Shown: positions 54,891 to 64,000 of the stretch, piece by piece
How the letters are laid out: the number at the start of each line of letters is the position of its first letter
Numbering within the stretch: position 1 is the first letter of the stretch
Origin: an uncultured Prevotellaceae bacterium
GTDB lineage: Bacteria > Bacteroidota > Bacteroidia > Bacteroidales > Bacteroidaceae
Direction: 5' to 3'
NCBI GenBank assembly: GCA_946617675.1
Contig: CAMOKH010000111.1
Span: 7,685 to 71,684 of the forward strand
DNA: 64,000 nucleotides
Made by a program: the position numbers and the translations under genes
Notes under the pieces: model-generated
What the model was told of the DNA's origin: nothing
What the model saw: only the letters and a program-made list of their open reading frames with translations
Database searches by the model: none

Positions 54891-56291
54891 TTACTTTGCT
54901 CCGCCGCCTAAGGCCTGGTAGAGGTTGACGACAGCCTGCATCTTGTTAAACTGGTCGGTGACCTCCGAGATTTCGGCGTTGAGCAGGTTCGACTGCGCCG
55001 AGATGACCTCGAGATAGGTTGTGTTCGAGCTTGACTCCATCAGCTTCTTCGTGTCCTCGACGTTCTTTCTGAGCACCTCGACGCGCTTGGTGTCGAGCTT
55101 GCCCTTCTCGGCCGAGGCGTTGTAGGTGACGAGGGCGTTGCTGACCTCGTTGCCAGCCTTGAGCACGGTGTTCTGCCAGGTATTGTAGGCCTGTTCATAC
55201 TGCAACTTGGCCACCTTCAGTCCGGCAACAATCTGCCCGTGCTGGAAGATGGGCTGCACCAGTCCGGCGACAGCCGACCAGAGCATCTTGCCGGGGTTCA
55301 CCATGCCATTGTTGTTGGTGAAGGCTCCGGTGCCGCTGATGGTGATGCTGGGGTAGAAGCGCGAGCGGGCCTGCTGGACGTCGTAGAAGCACTGGGCCAG
55401 AGCCATCTCAGAGGCATGGACGTCGGCGCGGTTGTTGAGCAGCTGGACGCTGACGCCCGTTGCAAACTGCGACGGCAGCGACTGGTCGGCGAGCCGTCCG
55501 CGCTTGATGGCCTGGGCGGGATGTCCGATGAGCAGCGAGAGCGAGTTCTCCATCTCGCGCACCTGGCGCTGCAGGTCGACCTTCTGAGCCTGTACGGAGT
55601 AGTAGGCAGCCTCGGCGCTCTGGACGGCGGTCGAGCGGTAGCCCACGCGGTTCTCGTGCATGAACTGCATCTTCTCCCACGTCTCCTTGGTCAGCTGTTC
55701 CATGTCGCCGACAATCTCAATCTGGCGGTCGAGCATGAGCAGCGTATAATAGAGGTTGGCGATGCCCGAGACGATGCCGCACTGGGCAGCCACCTGATAG
55801 TCCTTGGTAGCCATGAGCTGCATCTGGGCCGACCGTTTGGCATTGAGCAGGTTGCCGAAGAGGTCGAGATTCCACGATGCCGAGACAGGCAGCTGGTAGG
55901 ACTTCGTCGACGGGTTGTCAGAGAACTTGGCTATCGTGCCCTGCGGCGAGAAGACGACGGAGGGCAGGAAGGCCAGACGGGCCACCTTCAGCCCCTCGTT
56001 GACCATCTGGACGTTGAGGGCAGCGTTCAGCAGGTCGGGGTTCTTCTCCAGTCCCTGCTCGATGAGCAGCTGCAGCTGAGGGTCAGTGAACAGCTGTCGC
56101 CAGGGCAGGTTGCCGAACGACGTGGTGTCGGTCGTCTGCAGTGCTCCGTTCTGGGCCAGCGGGTCGCGGACGATACCGTCGGCGACGACCTCCGGCCGCT
56201 CGTACTTGTTGTAAAGGCCGCAGCTGGACAAAAGGAGGCAGAACAAGCCCACCCCAACCCCTCCCCAAGGGAGGGGCTTGTGATTAGTCAT
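54891..56291 (-). CDS. RND outer-membrane factor (TolC/NodT lipoprotein)
   Basis: Lipobox LLLSSC, SWNLDLFG, RADV, NLYQALGGG. Confidence 0.92.
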   Translation of the reverse strand: MTNHKPLPWGGVGVGLFCLLLSSCGLYNKYERPEVVADGIVRDPLAQNGALQTTDTTSFGNLPWRQLFTDPQLQLLIEQGLEKNPDLLNAALNVQMVNEGLKVARLAFLPSVVFSPQGTIAKFSDNPSTKSYQLPVSASWNLDLFGNLLNAKRSAQMQLMATKDYQVAAQCGIVSGIANLYYTLLMLDRQIEIVGDMEQLTKETWEKMQFMHENRVGYRSTAVQSAEAAYYSVQAQKVDLQRQVREMENSLSLLIGHPAQAIKRGRLADQSLPSQFATGVSVQLLNNRADVHASEMALAQCFYDVQQARSRFYPSITISGTGAFTNNNGMVNPGKMLWSAVAGLVQPIFQHGQIVAGLKVAKLQYEQAYNTWQNTVLKAGNEVSNALVTYNASAEKGKLDTKRVEVLRKNVEDTKKLMESSSNTTYLEVISAQSNLLNAEISEVTDQFNKMQAVVNLYQALGGGAK

Positions 56292-56379
56292 ACAGCCAAA
56301 TATTGGTTTAAATCTTAATGCTATCATAATAGTAAGTCATTCTAAACATCCCTCCCTTTGGGAGGGCTTGGGTGGGCTT
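56245..56379. repeat. Inverted REP-like pair straddling the tolC start codon
   Basis: aagcccaccccaacccctccccaagggagggg ... ccctccctttgggagggcttgggtgggctt. Confidence 0.85.
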
Positions 56380-56381
56380 TT

Positions 56382-59300
56382 TTACTTCTCTAATTCATAA
56401 TCGACGGGGCGGTGGGCATACTGTGCAATCTCGGAAGCCACTTCGGGGTTCTCGTCCTCGTTGTCGAACTTCATCGGGCTGATTCTCTCCTGGAGGCTCT
56501 GGAAGAGAGTGAACAGCGTGGGCACGACGAATATCTGGCACAACGTACCGATGAGCATACCGCCGACGGCGGCAGCGCCGAGCGTCTGGTTACCATTCTT
56601 GCCTACGCCGGAGGCAAACATCAGCGGCAGCAGACCGACGACCATGGCCAGCGACGTCATCAGGATAGGACGCAGACGGGCGGCAGCACCCAGCACGGCC
56701 GACCACGAGACGGCCATACCCAGGCGGCGGCGCTCCAGTGCGAACTGTACAATCAGGATGGCGTTCTTGGCCAGCAGACCAATCAGCATGATGAGCGAAA
56801 TCTGCATGTATATGTCGTTGGCGTGGCCGAAGAGCATCGTGAACAGGAAGCAGCCGGCCAGTCCGAACGGCACGGAGAGTACCACGGACAAAGGCAGGAT
56901 GTACGACTCGTACTGTGCCGACAGAATGAGGTAGATAAAGATGAAGCAGAGCACGAAAATCAGCGCCGTCGAGTTCGAGGCCTTGGCCTCCTCACGTGTC
57001 AGACCCTGGTAGTCGTAGCTGTAGCCCGTGGGCAGCACCTCGTCAGCCACCTCCTGGGCGGCCTTGATGGCCTCACCCGTTGAGTAGCCGTCGGCGACGG
57101 TTCCCGTCACGTTGATGGACGTAAAGAGGTTGAAGCGCGAGATGTTGGTAGGTCCGTAGACGCGCTCCATGTTACAGAACTCCTCGATGGGTGCCATGCC
57201 CTTCGGCGTGCGAACGTAGACACTCTTCAGCGACTCCGCCGTCATGCGGGTCTCAGGCGAGCCCTGCACCATCACGCGGTAGAGTTTGCCATAGGCGTTG
57301 AAGTTCGAGGCGTAGAGTCCGCCGTAGTAGCCCTGCAGCGTCGAGAGCACCGTCTGCGGCGAGATGCCCGACTGCTTACACTTTGCCACGTCGACGTGGA
57401 TCATATACTGCGGATAGTTCGGGTTGTACGCCGTCTGGGCCATCTGGAACTCCGGCCGCTTGTTCAGTCCGGCGATGAACTCCTTGGTAACGTCGAAGAA
57501 TTTGTTCAGCGAGCCGCCCGTGCGGTCCTGCATGACGATGGACACACCCGAGTTGGCTGAGAAGCCGGGAATCATGGGCGGCGAGAAGGCCAGGATGGAG
57601 GCATCCTTGATGTGTGCTGTCTTGATGAATATCTGTGCCTGCACCCCCGTCGCATCCATCGGGTTGAGGAAGAAGCGGTAGATGCCGTCGCCCTGCCACA
57701 GTCCCGAGAGTTTCCACCAGAAGCCCTTCTGGCGCTCCTTGAACGGCTTCAGCTTCAGGATGAACGTTGCCTGGTCGGAACCGGCACCGGCTATGAAGTT
57801 GTAGCCCTGAATCTGCTCACGGCTCTGGATAGCGGGGTCAGCAGCCAGTATCGAGTCCACTTCATTTATAATCTGACGCGTGCGCGCAACTGAAGTTGCC
57901 GGCGGCATGCTGATGGTACAGAACATCGTGCCGGTGTCCTCGTCGGGCACCAGGCCGGTCTTCGTGGTCAGCATGGTTCCTACAAGAACCACAATACCGA
58001 CAACGACGGCGATGATGACGGCCACGGGCTTGCGCACCAGTTTCTCGATAGACTTCTTATACTTGCCCAGCACCGACTCATAGGCCGTGTTGAACGAGGC
58101 GTGGAAGCGGTCGATGCGCGACATCTTGCGCTCGTGGCCCTCCTTGTCGTGGGGCTTCAGGAAGATGGCACACAGGGCCGGCGACAGCGTCAGGGCGTTC
58201 AGCGCCGAGATGAAGATGGAGACAGCCATCGTCACGCCGAACTCACGGTAGAACGTACCCGTCGTGCCGCCGATGAACGACACGGGGATGAACACCGAGG
58301 CCATGACCAGCGTGATGGAGATGATGGCACCCGAGATTTCGTTCATGGCGTCGATGGAGGCCGTCAGCGTCGACTTGTAGCCCTGATCGAGCTTGGCGTG
58401 CACGGCCTCGACCACCACGATGGCATCGTCGACCACGATGGCAATAGCCAGCAGCAGGGCCGACAGCGTCAGCAGGTTGATGGAGAATCCGAAGACGCTC
58501 AGGAAGAAGAACGTACCTATCAGCGACACCGGCACGGCAATCAGCGGGATGAGCGTCGAGCGCCAGTCCTGTAGGAAGACGTAGATGACGATGAACACCA
58601 GCACCAGGGTGAACAGCAGCGTGAACACCACCTCCTCGATAGAGGCATAGAGGAACTCGGTCACGTCGTAGTTGATCTTATAGAACATGCCCGGCGGGAA
58701 GAGCTTGGCCTGCTCCTCGAGCTCGGCCTTCACCTGCTTGGCAATCTCGTTGGCGTTCGAACCGGCCACCTGCTGCACCATACCCATCACCGACGGGATG
58801 TTGTTGTTCTTCATCGACACGGAGTACTGCAGTCCGCCCAGCTCAATGCGGGCCACGTCCTTCAGCTTCAGCGTCTGGCCGTCGGCGTCGCTCGAGATGA
58901 TGATGTTGCCGAACTCCTCGGCCGTCTTCAGGCGGCCGGTGTAGCGCATGGCGTACTCATAGGCCACATTCGCCTCCTGGCCGAAGCTGCCCGGCGCGGC
59001 CTCGATGTTCTGCTCAGCCAGCACGGCACTGATGTCCGAGGGCATCAGGTTGTACTGCTTCATCACCTCGGGCTTCAGCCAGATACGCATCGAGTAGGTC
59101 TTCACACCCGGCGACTGCACATCGCCCACGCCCTGGATACGCTTGATGGCAGGGACAATGTTGATGTTGTTATAGTTCGTCAGGAACTCGTCGTCGTAGC
59201 GGCCGTCTGAGGTCAGGGTGAACATCATCACCTGCGACGTCTGGCGCTTCATGACGGTCACGCCGATACGTGTCACCTCAGCCGGCAGCAAGGCCTGCGC

Positions 59301-59639
59301 CTGCTGCACGCGGTTCTGTACGTTCACGGCACACATGTCAGGATTCAGTCCCTGGCGGAACAGGATGGAGAGGCTGGCCGAGCCCGATGAGGCACTCGAC
59401 GATATATAGTCCATACCCTCCACGCCGTTGATACTCTCTTCGAGCGGCGTGATGACGGAGTTCTTCACCGTCTCGGCATCGGCACCGGGATAGCTGGTGA
59501 ATACCACGACCGTTGGCGGTGCGATATCAGGGTACTGCTCAATAGGCAGTGACACAAGTCCGATGAAACCCAGCAGGACGATGAGGATGGAGATCACCGT
59601 CGACAATACCGGTCTTTTTATAAAGTTTGTAAAAGTCAT
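56382..59639 (-). CDS. HAE1 RND efflux permease (AcrB-like)
   Basis: FIKRPV, YPDIAPP, VDDAIVVVE, AKNAILIV, RLRPILMT. Confidence 0.96.
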   Translation of the reverse strand: MTFTNFIKRPVLSTVISILIVLLGFIGLVSLPIEQYPDIAPPTVVVFTSYPGADAETVKNSVITPLEESINGVEGMDYISSSASSGSASLSILFRQGLNPDMCAVNVQNRVQQAQALLPAEVTRIGVTVMKRQTSQVMMFTLTSDGRYDDEFLTNYNNINIVPAIKRIQGVGDVQSPGVKTYSMRIWLKPEVMKQYNLMPSDISAVLAEQNIEAAPGSFGQEANVAYEYAMRYTGRLKTAEEFGNIIISSDADGQTLKLKDVARIELGGLQYSVSMKNNNIPSVMGMVQQVAGSNANEIAKQVKAELEEQAKLFPPGMFYKINYDVTEFLYASIEEVVFTLLFTLVLVFIVIYVFLQDWRSTLIPLIAVPVSLIGTFFFLSVFGFSINLLTLSALLLAIAIVVDDAIVVVEAVHAKLDQGYKSTLTASIDAMNEISGAIISITLVMASVFIPVSFIGGTTGTFYREFGVTMAVSIFISALNALTLSPALCAIFLKPHDKEGHERKMSRIDRFHASFNTAYESVLGKYKKSIEKLVRKPVAVIIAVVVGIVVLVGTMLTTKTGLVPDEDTGTMFCTISMPPATSVARTRQIINEVDSILAADPAIQSREQIQGYNFIAGAGSDQATFILKLKPFKERQKGFWWKLSGLWQGDGIYRFFLNPMDATGVQAQIFIKTAHIKDASILAFSPPMIPGFSANSGVSIVMQDRTGGSLNKFFDVTKEFIAGLNKRPEFQMAQTAYNPNYPQYMIHVDVAKCKQSGISPQTVLSTLQGYYGGLYASNFNAYGKLYRVMVQGSPETRMTAESLKSVYVRTPKGMAPIEEFCNMERVYGPTNISRFNLFTSINVTGTVADGYSTGEAIKAAQEVADEVLPTGYSYDYQGLTREEAKASNSTALIFVLCFIFIYLILSAQYESYILPLSVVLSVPFGLAGCFLFTMLFGHANDIYMQISLIMLIGLLAKNAILIVQFALERRRLGMAVSWSAVLGAAARLRPILMTSLAMVVGLLPLMFASGVGKNGNQTLGAAAVGGMLIGTLCQIFVVPTLFTLFQSLQERISPMKFDNEDENPEVASEIAQYAHRPVDYELEK

Positions 59640-59642
59640 ATC

Positions 59643-60812
59643 TTACTTCTTCATTGCGTTAACGATGTCGCCGGCAGTCATGGCCTTGGCCTGCTCTTGA
59701 ATCTTCTGCTGGTAGCGCTCGGGCGTGATGGGCACAATCTCCATCTTGTCAGAGAGTTTTGTGATGCCGTTGGTCACGTACTTGTCGCCAACCTTCAGGC
59801 CGTCGGTCACGACGTAGTTCATGCCGTCGTTCTGCGGAGCCACCTTAATCTCGGTGTACGCCACCTTGTTGTCCTTGCCCACTGTATAGACGAACATCTT
59901 GTTCTGAACCTCCATCACGCAGGCCTGCGGAATGACGATGGCCGACGAGTTGTGGTGGGGAATGACGATGGAGCCTGAGCCGCCGCTCTTCAACAGGCGC
60001 TCGGGGTTGGGGAACACGGCAATCATCTGCACCGTACCCGTGGCAGCGTCGATGACGCCGCTCATCTTCGTCACCTTGCCCTCATGGCCGTAGATGGTAC
60101 CGTCGGCCAGCTTCAGCTGTACCGAGGGCAAGGCCTGCAGGCCGTCACCGCTCTTCGACATATCGAGGGCGTCCTTCTCGGTCATCGAGAAGTAGACCTC
60201 CATCTGCGAGATGTTGCTCACGGTGGTCAGCGTGTTGGCAGCACTAACCAGTGCGCCCACCTTGAAAGGCAGCGTGCCCACCACACCGGCGGCGGGCGAC
60301 TTGACGTAGCAGAAGCTCAGCGTCTCCTTAGCCGAGGCCAGTGCAGCCTGAGCCTGGGCCAGTCCGGCCTTAGCCTGCTCATACTGGTTGGTGGCCGACT
60401 GCAGCTCGAAGTCGCCGATGACCTTGTTCTCATAGAGTTTCTTCGAGTTCTCGTACGACAGCTTGGCCGTGTTGCACGAAGCCTGGGCCGTGTTGACGCT
60501 GGCCTGAGCCTGGCGCACCTGGGCCTGGTAGGTGGCATTGTCGATGACGAACAGCACCTGGCCAGCCGAGACCGACTGACCCTCCTTGACATTGATACGC
60601 GTAATAAATCCCTGCACCTTCGGCGCAATCTGCACATCCTGAACGCCCTTGATGGAAGCAGGGTAAGTGGCCTGCGAAGAGGCACTCGTGGTGCCGACCT
60701 CCAACACAGGGTACTCGTTGTCGCCAAACTGGGGACGACCGTTACCACCGCCGCCACACGAGACAAATAGCAGCGCTGAAGCTGCCAAAGCTAAAAACTT
60801 CTTTTCTTTCAT
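59643..60812 (-). CDS. RND periplasmic adaptor (MFP) lipoprotein
   Basis: Lipobox FVSC, VKEGQSVSAGQVLFVID, VKSPAAG, GLKVGD. Confidence 0.93.
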   Translation of the reverse strand: MKEKKFLALAASALLFVSCGGGGNGRPQFGDNEYPVLEVGTTSASSQATYPASIKGVQDVQIAPKVQGFITRINVKEGQSVSAGQVLFVIDNATYQAQVRQAQASVNTAQASCNTAKLSYENSKKLYENKVIGDFELQSATNQYEQAKAGLAQAQAALASAKETLSFCYVKSPAAGVVGTLPFKVGALVSAANTLTTVSNISQMEVYFSMTEKDALDMSKSGDGLQALPSVQLKLADGTIYGHEGKVTKMSGVIDAATGTVQMIAVFPNPERLLKSGGSGSIVIPHHNSSAIVIPQACVMEVQNKMFVYTVGKDNKVAYTEIKVAPQNDGMNYVVTDGLKVGDKYVTNGITKLSDKMEIVPITPERYQQKIQEQAKAMTAGDIVNAMKK

Positions 60813-61155
60813 ACACTTATAATAAACTTACGATATTACTTTCAGTGGTCCTGAAAACTCAGCGTCGATTATTTACAGCGTGCAAAAGTACAAAAAAAAG
60901 GAGGACTGGGGCACCTCTTAACCATACTTTTAACAAAGTTTATTTTATATAAATATATTCTTTTCCGTTTTTATTTGGCTATTTCGTTTTTTATGTCTAC
61001 TTTTGTATCCTGTAGTAGAAAAAAATGGCAGAATACGCCCGTACGGAAACTATAATCTTACAACTTTGTCAAGTCATGCCAAGCCCATCTGGCGGGCTTT
61101 CTCCATGAGCAGCTTCATGAGCGGTTCGCGCCCGTTACTGCCAGGTTCTTTTTTA

Positions 61156-61225
61156 GGCACGGAAGAACGCGGAGTTACACGGAATCTCATCAGTCCAACC
61201 GTGTTCCTCCGTGTTCTTCCGTGCC
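61156..61225. repeat. Palindromic element built from ~9-nt CACGGA units
   Basis: ggcacggaagaacgcggag ... ctccgtgttcttccgtgcc (19-bp arms, 1 mismatch). Confidence 0.8.
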
Positions 61226-61423
61226 AAGGAAAACTGAGGCTGATTTAAAACAGTTAACTGAACGCGAAGTCCTCATTGTTTCTTTATTTCTGCAAAGATA
61301 CGTAAAATTCTCTATTGTGGTTCTCCGATAGCGTTAAATAGTTTTAAATCCCGAAACGTCATTTCCTCTTTTCCGCCGAGCGGTGCAGCATCCTATGCAA
61401 AATTGATTATCTTTGCAACTGCT

Positions 61424-62056
61424 ATGCCAAGAAAGAAAGACGGAATGTTGTTTGAGGTGCACCCCTCGCCCATGAAGGACGACGAGGGCAAGCCCTACGT
61501 TTATGTACGCCCGGCCAGCAGACAGCGGGTGAGTATGAAGGACATCGACGCCTACTGCGCCGAATACTATGCGCTCAGGCCCGGCGAACTGACACGCGCC
61601 TTCGAGGCCTTCATCCAGGCGTCGGCACACTGGCTCTCTGAGGGCTACCGCATGGAGACACCCATCGGAACGTTTGCACCGAAGATCGGGCTGCGCCCCG
61701 GACTGCGCACCTCCGACCCGAAAGCCGTCAGGAGCCGAGACGTGGTGTTCGAGGGCATAGAGTTCAAGTCGGCCAAGGACTACGAGGGTAAGGTGCGCTC
61801 ATGGATTACCAACGGCTACCGCCGCGTCGACAAGCCCGACACCAGCCAGCTCCTGGCCGACAAGGAGCAGCTGCTGACGGTGCTCCGCGAGAGTCTCGCC
61901 GCGTTCGGCGGCTACGTCACCGCCCGCATCTTCGCCCTGCGCAGCGGCCTTACCTACTATTCGGCCCGCAAGCTACTCAACACGTGGACTGAGGGCGATG
62001 CACCCCTGCTGCTGAAGACGCGCCGGGGCCACGACTATATCTACACCGAGGTTTAG
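61424..62056 (+). CDS. Bacteroidota HU/IHF-like DNA-binding protein with C-terminal HTH-like extension
   Basis: LSEGYRMETPIGTFAPKIG, IEFKSAK; C-terminal SGLTYYSARKLL; TATCTTTGCA promoter. Confidence 0.7.
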   Translation: MPRKKDGMLFEVHPSPMKDDEGKPYVYVRPASRQRVSMKDIDAYCAEYYALRPGELTRAFEAFIQASAHWLSEGYRMETPIGTFAPKIGLRPGLRTSDPKAVRSRDVVFEGIEFKSAKDYEGKVRSWITNGYRRVDKPDTSQLLADKEQLLTVLRESLAAFGGYVTARIFALRSGLTYYSARKLLNTWTEGDAPLLLKTRRGHDYIYTEV

Positions 62057-62211
62057 CGCGGTCTTTGTCTGAGCAGGCTGATTCCCACCCGACGATCCCC
62101 CTACCCCACTATCTTTTGGCATAACCGATTGACAGGCGGACTGTTAGCTGGTAGAACAATTGCCTGAAATGACACGACCTACGCCCTATCACTCACCTAC
62201 CGACGGTTTTA

Positions 62212-62322
62212 TTTTGGGCCGCGCCGCACATAATTTTGCCCCGAGCCGCACAAAGTTTTGAGCTAAGGCGCACACGCAAAAGGCGGCACCTTTGTCCCTG
62301 AAAGGCGGTGCCCATATCCCTG
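62212..62322 (+). repeat. Two sets of degenerate 22-bp tandem repeats
   Basis: ttttg..cgcac x3 (62212-62277); aaaggcgg..tccctg x2 (62279-62322). Confidence 0.65.
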
Positions 62323-62485
62323 AAAACCAGCGCGTAGCGCCTGTTAACCGGCGGACGGCGCCAGCGTCGCGCTGCGTTGCGAAGTCAGGCTTCCCCTTTG
62401 CTTGCACGTCCCGGCTCTTCTTCGTACCTTTGCAGCGCGATTTCGGGATACTGACCACAAGAATAATAACCAAACATAAGCAACG

Positions 62486-64000
62486 ATGAAAATTACGAAA
62501 GTGAAGACATGCATGGGGGAACTCGGGAGCCCCGTAACAACCGAACTGGAAACGATAGTGGAGCGCATGCGCAGCGAGACGACGAAGGCAGCAGCACAGC
62601 GCATCGCGCAAAACGCGCTGGCGGGCCGACTGGCCGCTGACGAGGGCGCCGGGACCTTCATGCTGGGCGGTGCCGACGCACTGCCCTACCTGGTGTTCAG
62701 TGCCACCTTCGGCCGCAGCGGCTTCAGCCAGCCGACAGCGCTCACGGGACTACTGCTGCTCAGCATCCGATGCCCCGAAGGCGGACGGCAGGTGGCCGAG
62801 ATGCGGCGCCGGGCCAGCCAGGTGCCCTACACGCTGCTGGCCTTCGCGGGGGTCAGCGGCGTCACGCTGAAGGTGGTGGTCAGATGCCGCTACGACGGCC
62901 CTGCCGACGAGGCTGACTACCTCGCCTTCATGAGGGAGGCCCGCCAGTGTGCCACCGACCTCTACGGCGCGCTGCTGCACTGCGACTTCTACGTTGCCGA
63001 GCCGGCGCTCTGGCGCGGCTGCCGCATGAGCTACGACCCGCAGCTGTGCTACCAGCCCGAGGCGCAGCCGATGCCGGTGGTCGTCAAGAGCAGCGACCCG
63101 CTGGCACCCTATGAGGGCACGCACGCTGACGACGACGGACGGGTGACGCACCACCCCGACGACGACGAGCGCCAACGCCTGCTGATGGAGTTCCAGACGT
63201 GCCTCGCCAAAGCCATCGACGAGAGCGTCGGCGAGCCCGAGCACTGCCTGCAGCTGCTGGCCGACTACTGCGCCAAGGCCCACCTGCCCGAAGAGGGCTG
63301 CACCGTCAGGGCCGGGTGGGTAAGCCGCTTCCGCACGATAGGCGCCGACGTGGTGCGCAAGACCTTCCGCAACGCCTACAAAAAGCCGCTGGGCGACAGT
63401 CCCCTGTCGCAGATGAACGAGAAGGAGCGCATCATCCGTAGCATCGAGGGCTTCCTCACGCGCCGCTACCAGCTGCGCTTCAACGTGGTGAAGCAGCAGC
63501 GCGAGTTCCGGCCCAACGACCTGCACTTCCGCGACTGGCGACCGCTGACCGACCGCGAGCTGAAGTCCATCGTCGTCGAGGAGATGAAGGAGGGCGGCGA
63601 GAGCTGGATGAACGACCTCCGGACCTACATCGAGTCGGCACACATCAGCGACTACAACCCCGTTCACGAGTTCCTCGCCGGCTGCGGGCGCTGGGACGGC
63701 CGACGCAACTACATCGAGGACTTTGCGCGCTACCTGACGACCGACTACGCCGACTGGCCGCGCTACTTCCACCGCTGGTTCCTGGCGATGGTGGCGCAGG
63801 CCCTGAACCTGAACCGCGACTACGGCAACTCGATGGTGCCGCTGCTCATCGGCACGCAGGGCGTCAGGAAGTCGACTTTCTGCAAGAACATCCTGCCGCC
63901 GGCCATGCGCGAGTACTACATGGACGACATCAAGATGGACAACGCCGAACAGGTGGAGCGCGTGCTGGGACGCATGTGGCTCGTCTGCATCGACGAGTAC
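62486..64000 (+). CDS. BT4734-like N-domain plus VirE/VapE P-loop ATPase (primase-helicase-like), truncated by the window end; absent from the ORF track
   Basis: From ATG 62486 MKITKVKT..; LPYLVFSATF, SGVTLKVVV, RMSYDP, Walker A GTQGVRKSTF, Walker B WLVCIDEY at the window end. Confidence 0.85.
   Translation, partial: MKITKVKTCMGELGSPVTTELETIVERMRSETTKAAAQRIAQNALAGRLAADEGAGTFMLGGADALPYLVFSATFGRSGFSQPTALTGLLLLSIRCPEGGRQVAEMRRRASQVPYTLLAFAGVSGVTLKVVVRCRYDGPADEADYLAFMREARQCATDLYGALLHCDFYVAEPALWRGCRMSYDPQLCYQPEAQPMPVVVKSSDPLAPYEGTHADDDGRVTHHPDDDERQRLLMEFQTCLAKAIDESVGEPEHCLQLLADYCAKAHLPEEGCTVRAGWVSRFRTIGADVVRKTFRNAYKKPLGDSPLSQMNEKERIIRSIEGFLTRRYQLRFNVVKQQREFRPNDLHFRDWRPLTDRELKSIVVEEMKEGGESWMNDLRTYIESAHISDYNPVHEFLAGCGRWDGRRNYIEDFARYLTTDYADWPRYFHRWFLAMVAQALNLNRDYGNSMVPLLIGTQGVRKSTFCKNILPPAMREYYMDDIKMDNAEQVERVLGRMWLVCIDEY

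Noticed and set aside
280-63772. Many long antisense or alternate-frame ORFs (e.g. 280-2412, 5951-7282, 18448-20241, 23344-25371, 29205-31106, 62750-63772)
   Set aside because: They are shadows of recognisable genes, caused by GC-rich codon bias, and show no family motifs.

Overview
A 64 kb chromosomal window from a GC-rich Bacteroidota genome, most likely Prevotellaceae. This is judged from gene content, TAnnTTTG(CA) -7 promoter elements and Prevotella-type C-terminal secretion tails. It is mostly housekeeping: dnaA-mlaD-amidase-folB, fkp-GSCFA-murF/alr, luxS, typA, rpsO, ftsX-uppP-truB-queA-folK and an RND efflux operon. Glycan genes (sulfatase/anSME, GH28, kduI/exuT) and secreted proteases and an inhibitor are interspersed. 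I found no rRNA, tRNA, CRISPR array or transposase. Main observations: (1) At least three families of short palindromic or heptameric repeats sit in-frame inside coding genes (TonB-dependent receptor, fkp, typA, folK, tolC signal peptide, sigma fusion) and often supply stop codons. (2) An operon encodes an orphan GatC-like PTS IIC, a KduI with a signal peptide and an ExuT-like MFS transporter. (3) A legumain-like protease, an ECF sigma/beta-barrel fusion and a serpin form one cluster. (4) A perfect 50-bp palindrome acts as a candidate bidirectional promoter. (5) A membrane-protein ORF with no canonical start lies in frame behind the dnaA UGA stop. (6) A stand-alone NrdJ C-terminal fragment lies next to folB. 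Family assignments come from motif recognition by eye, not database searches.
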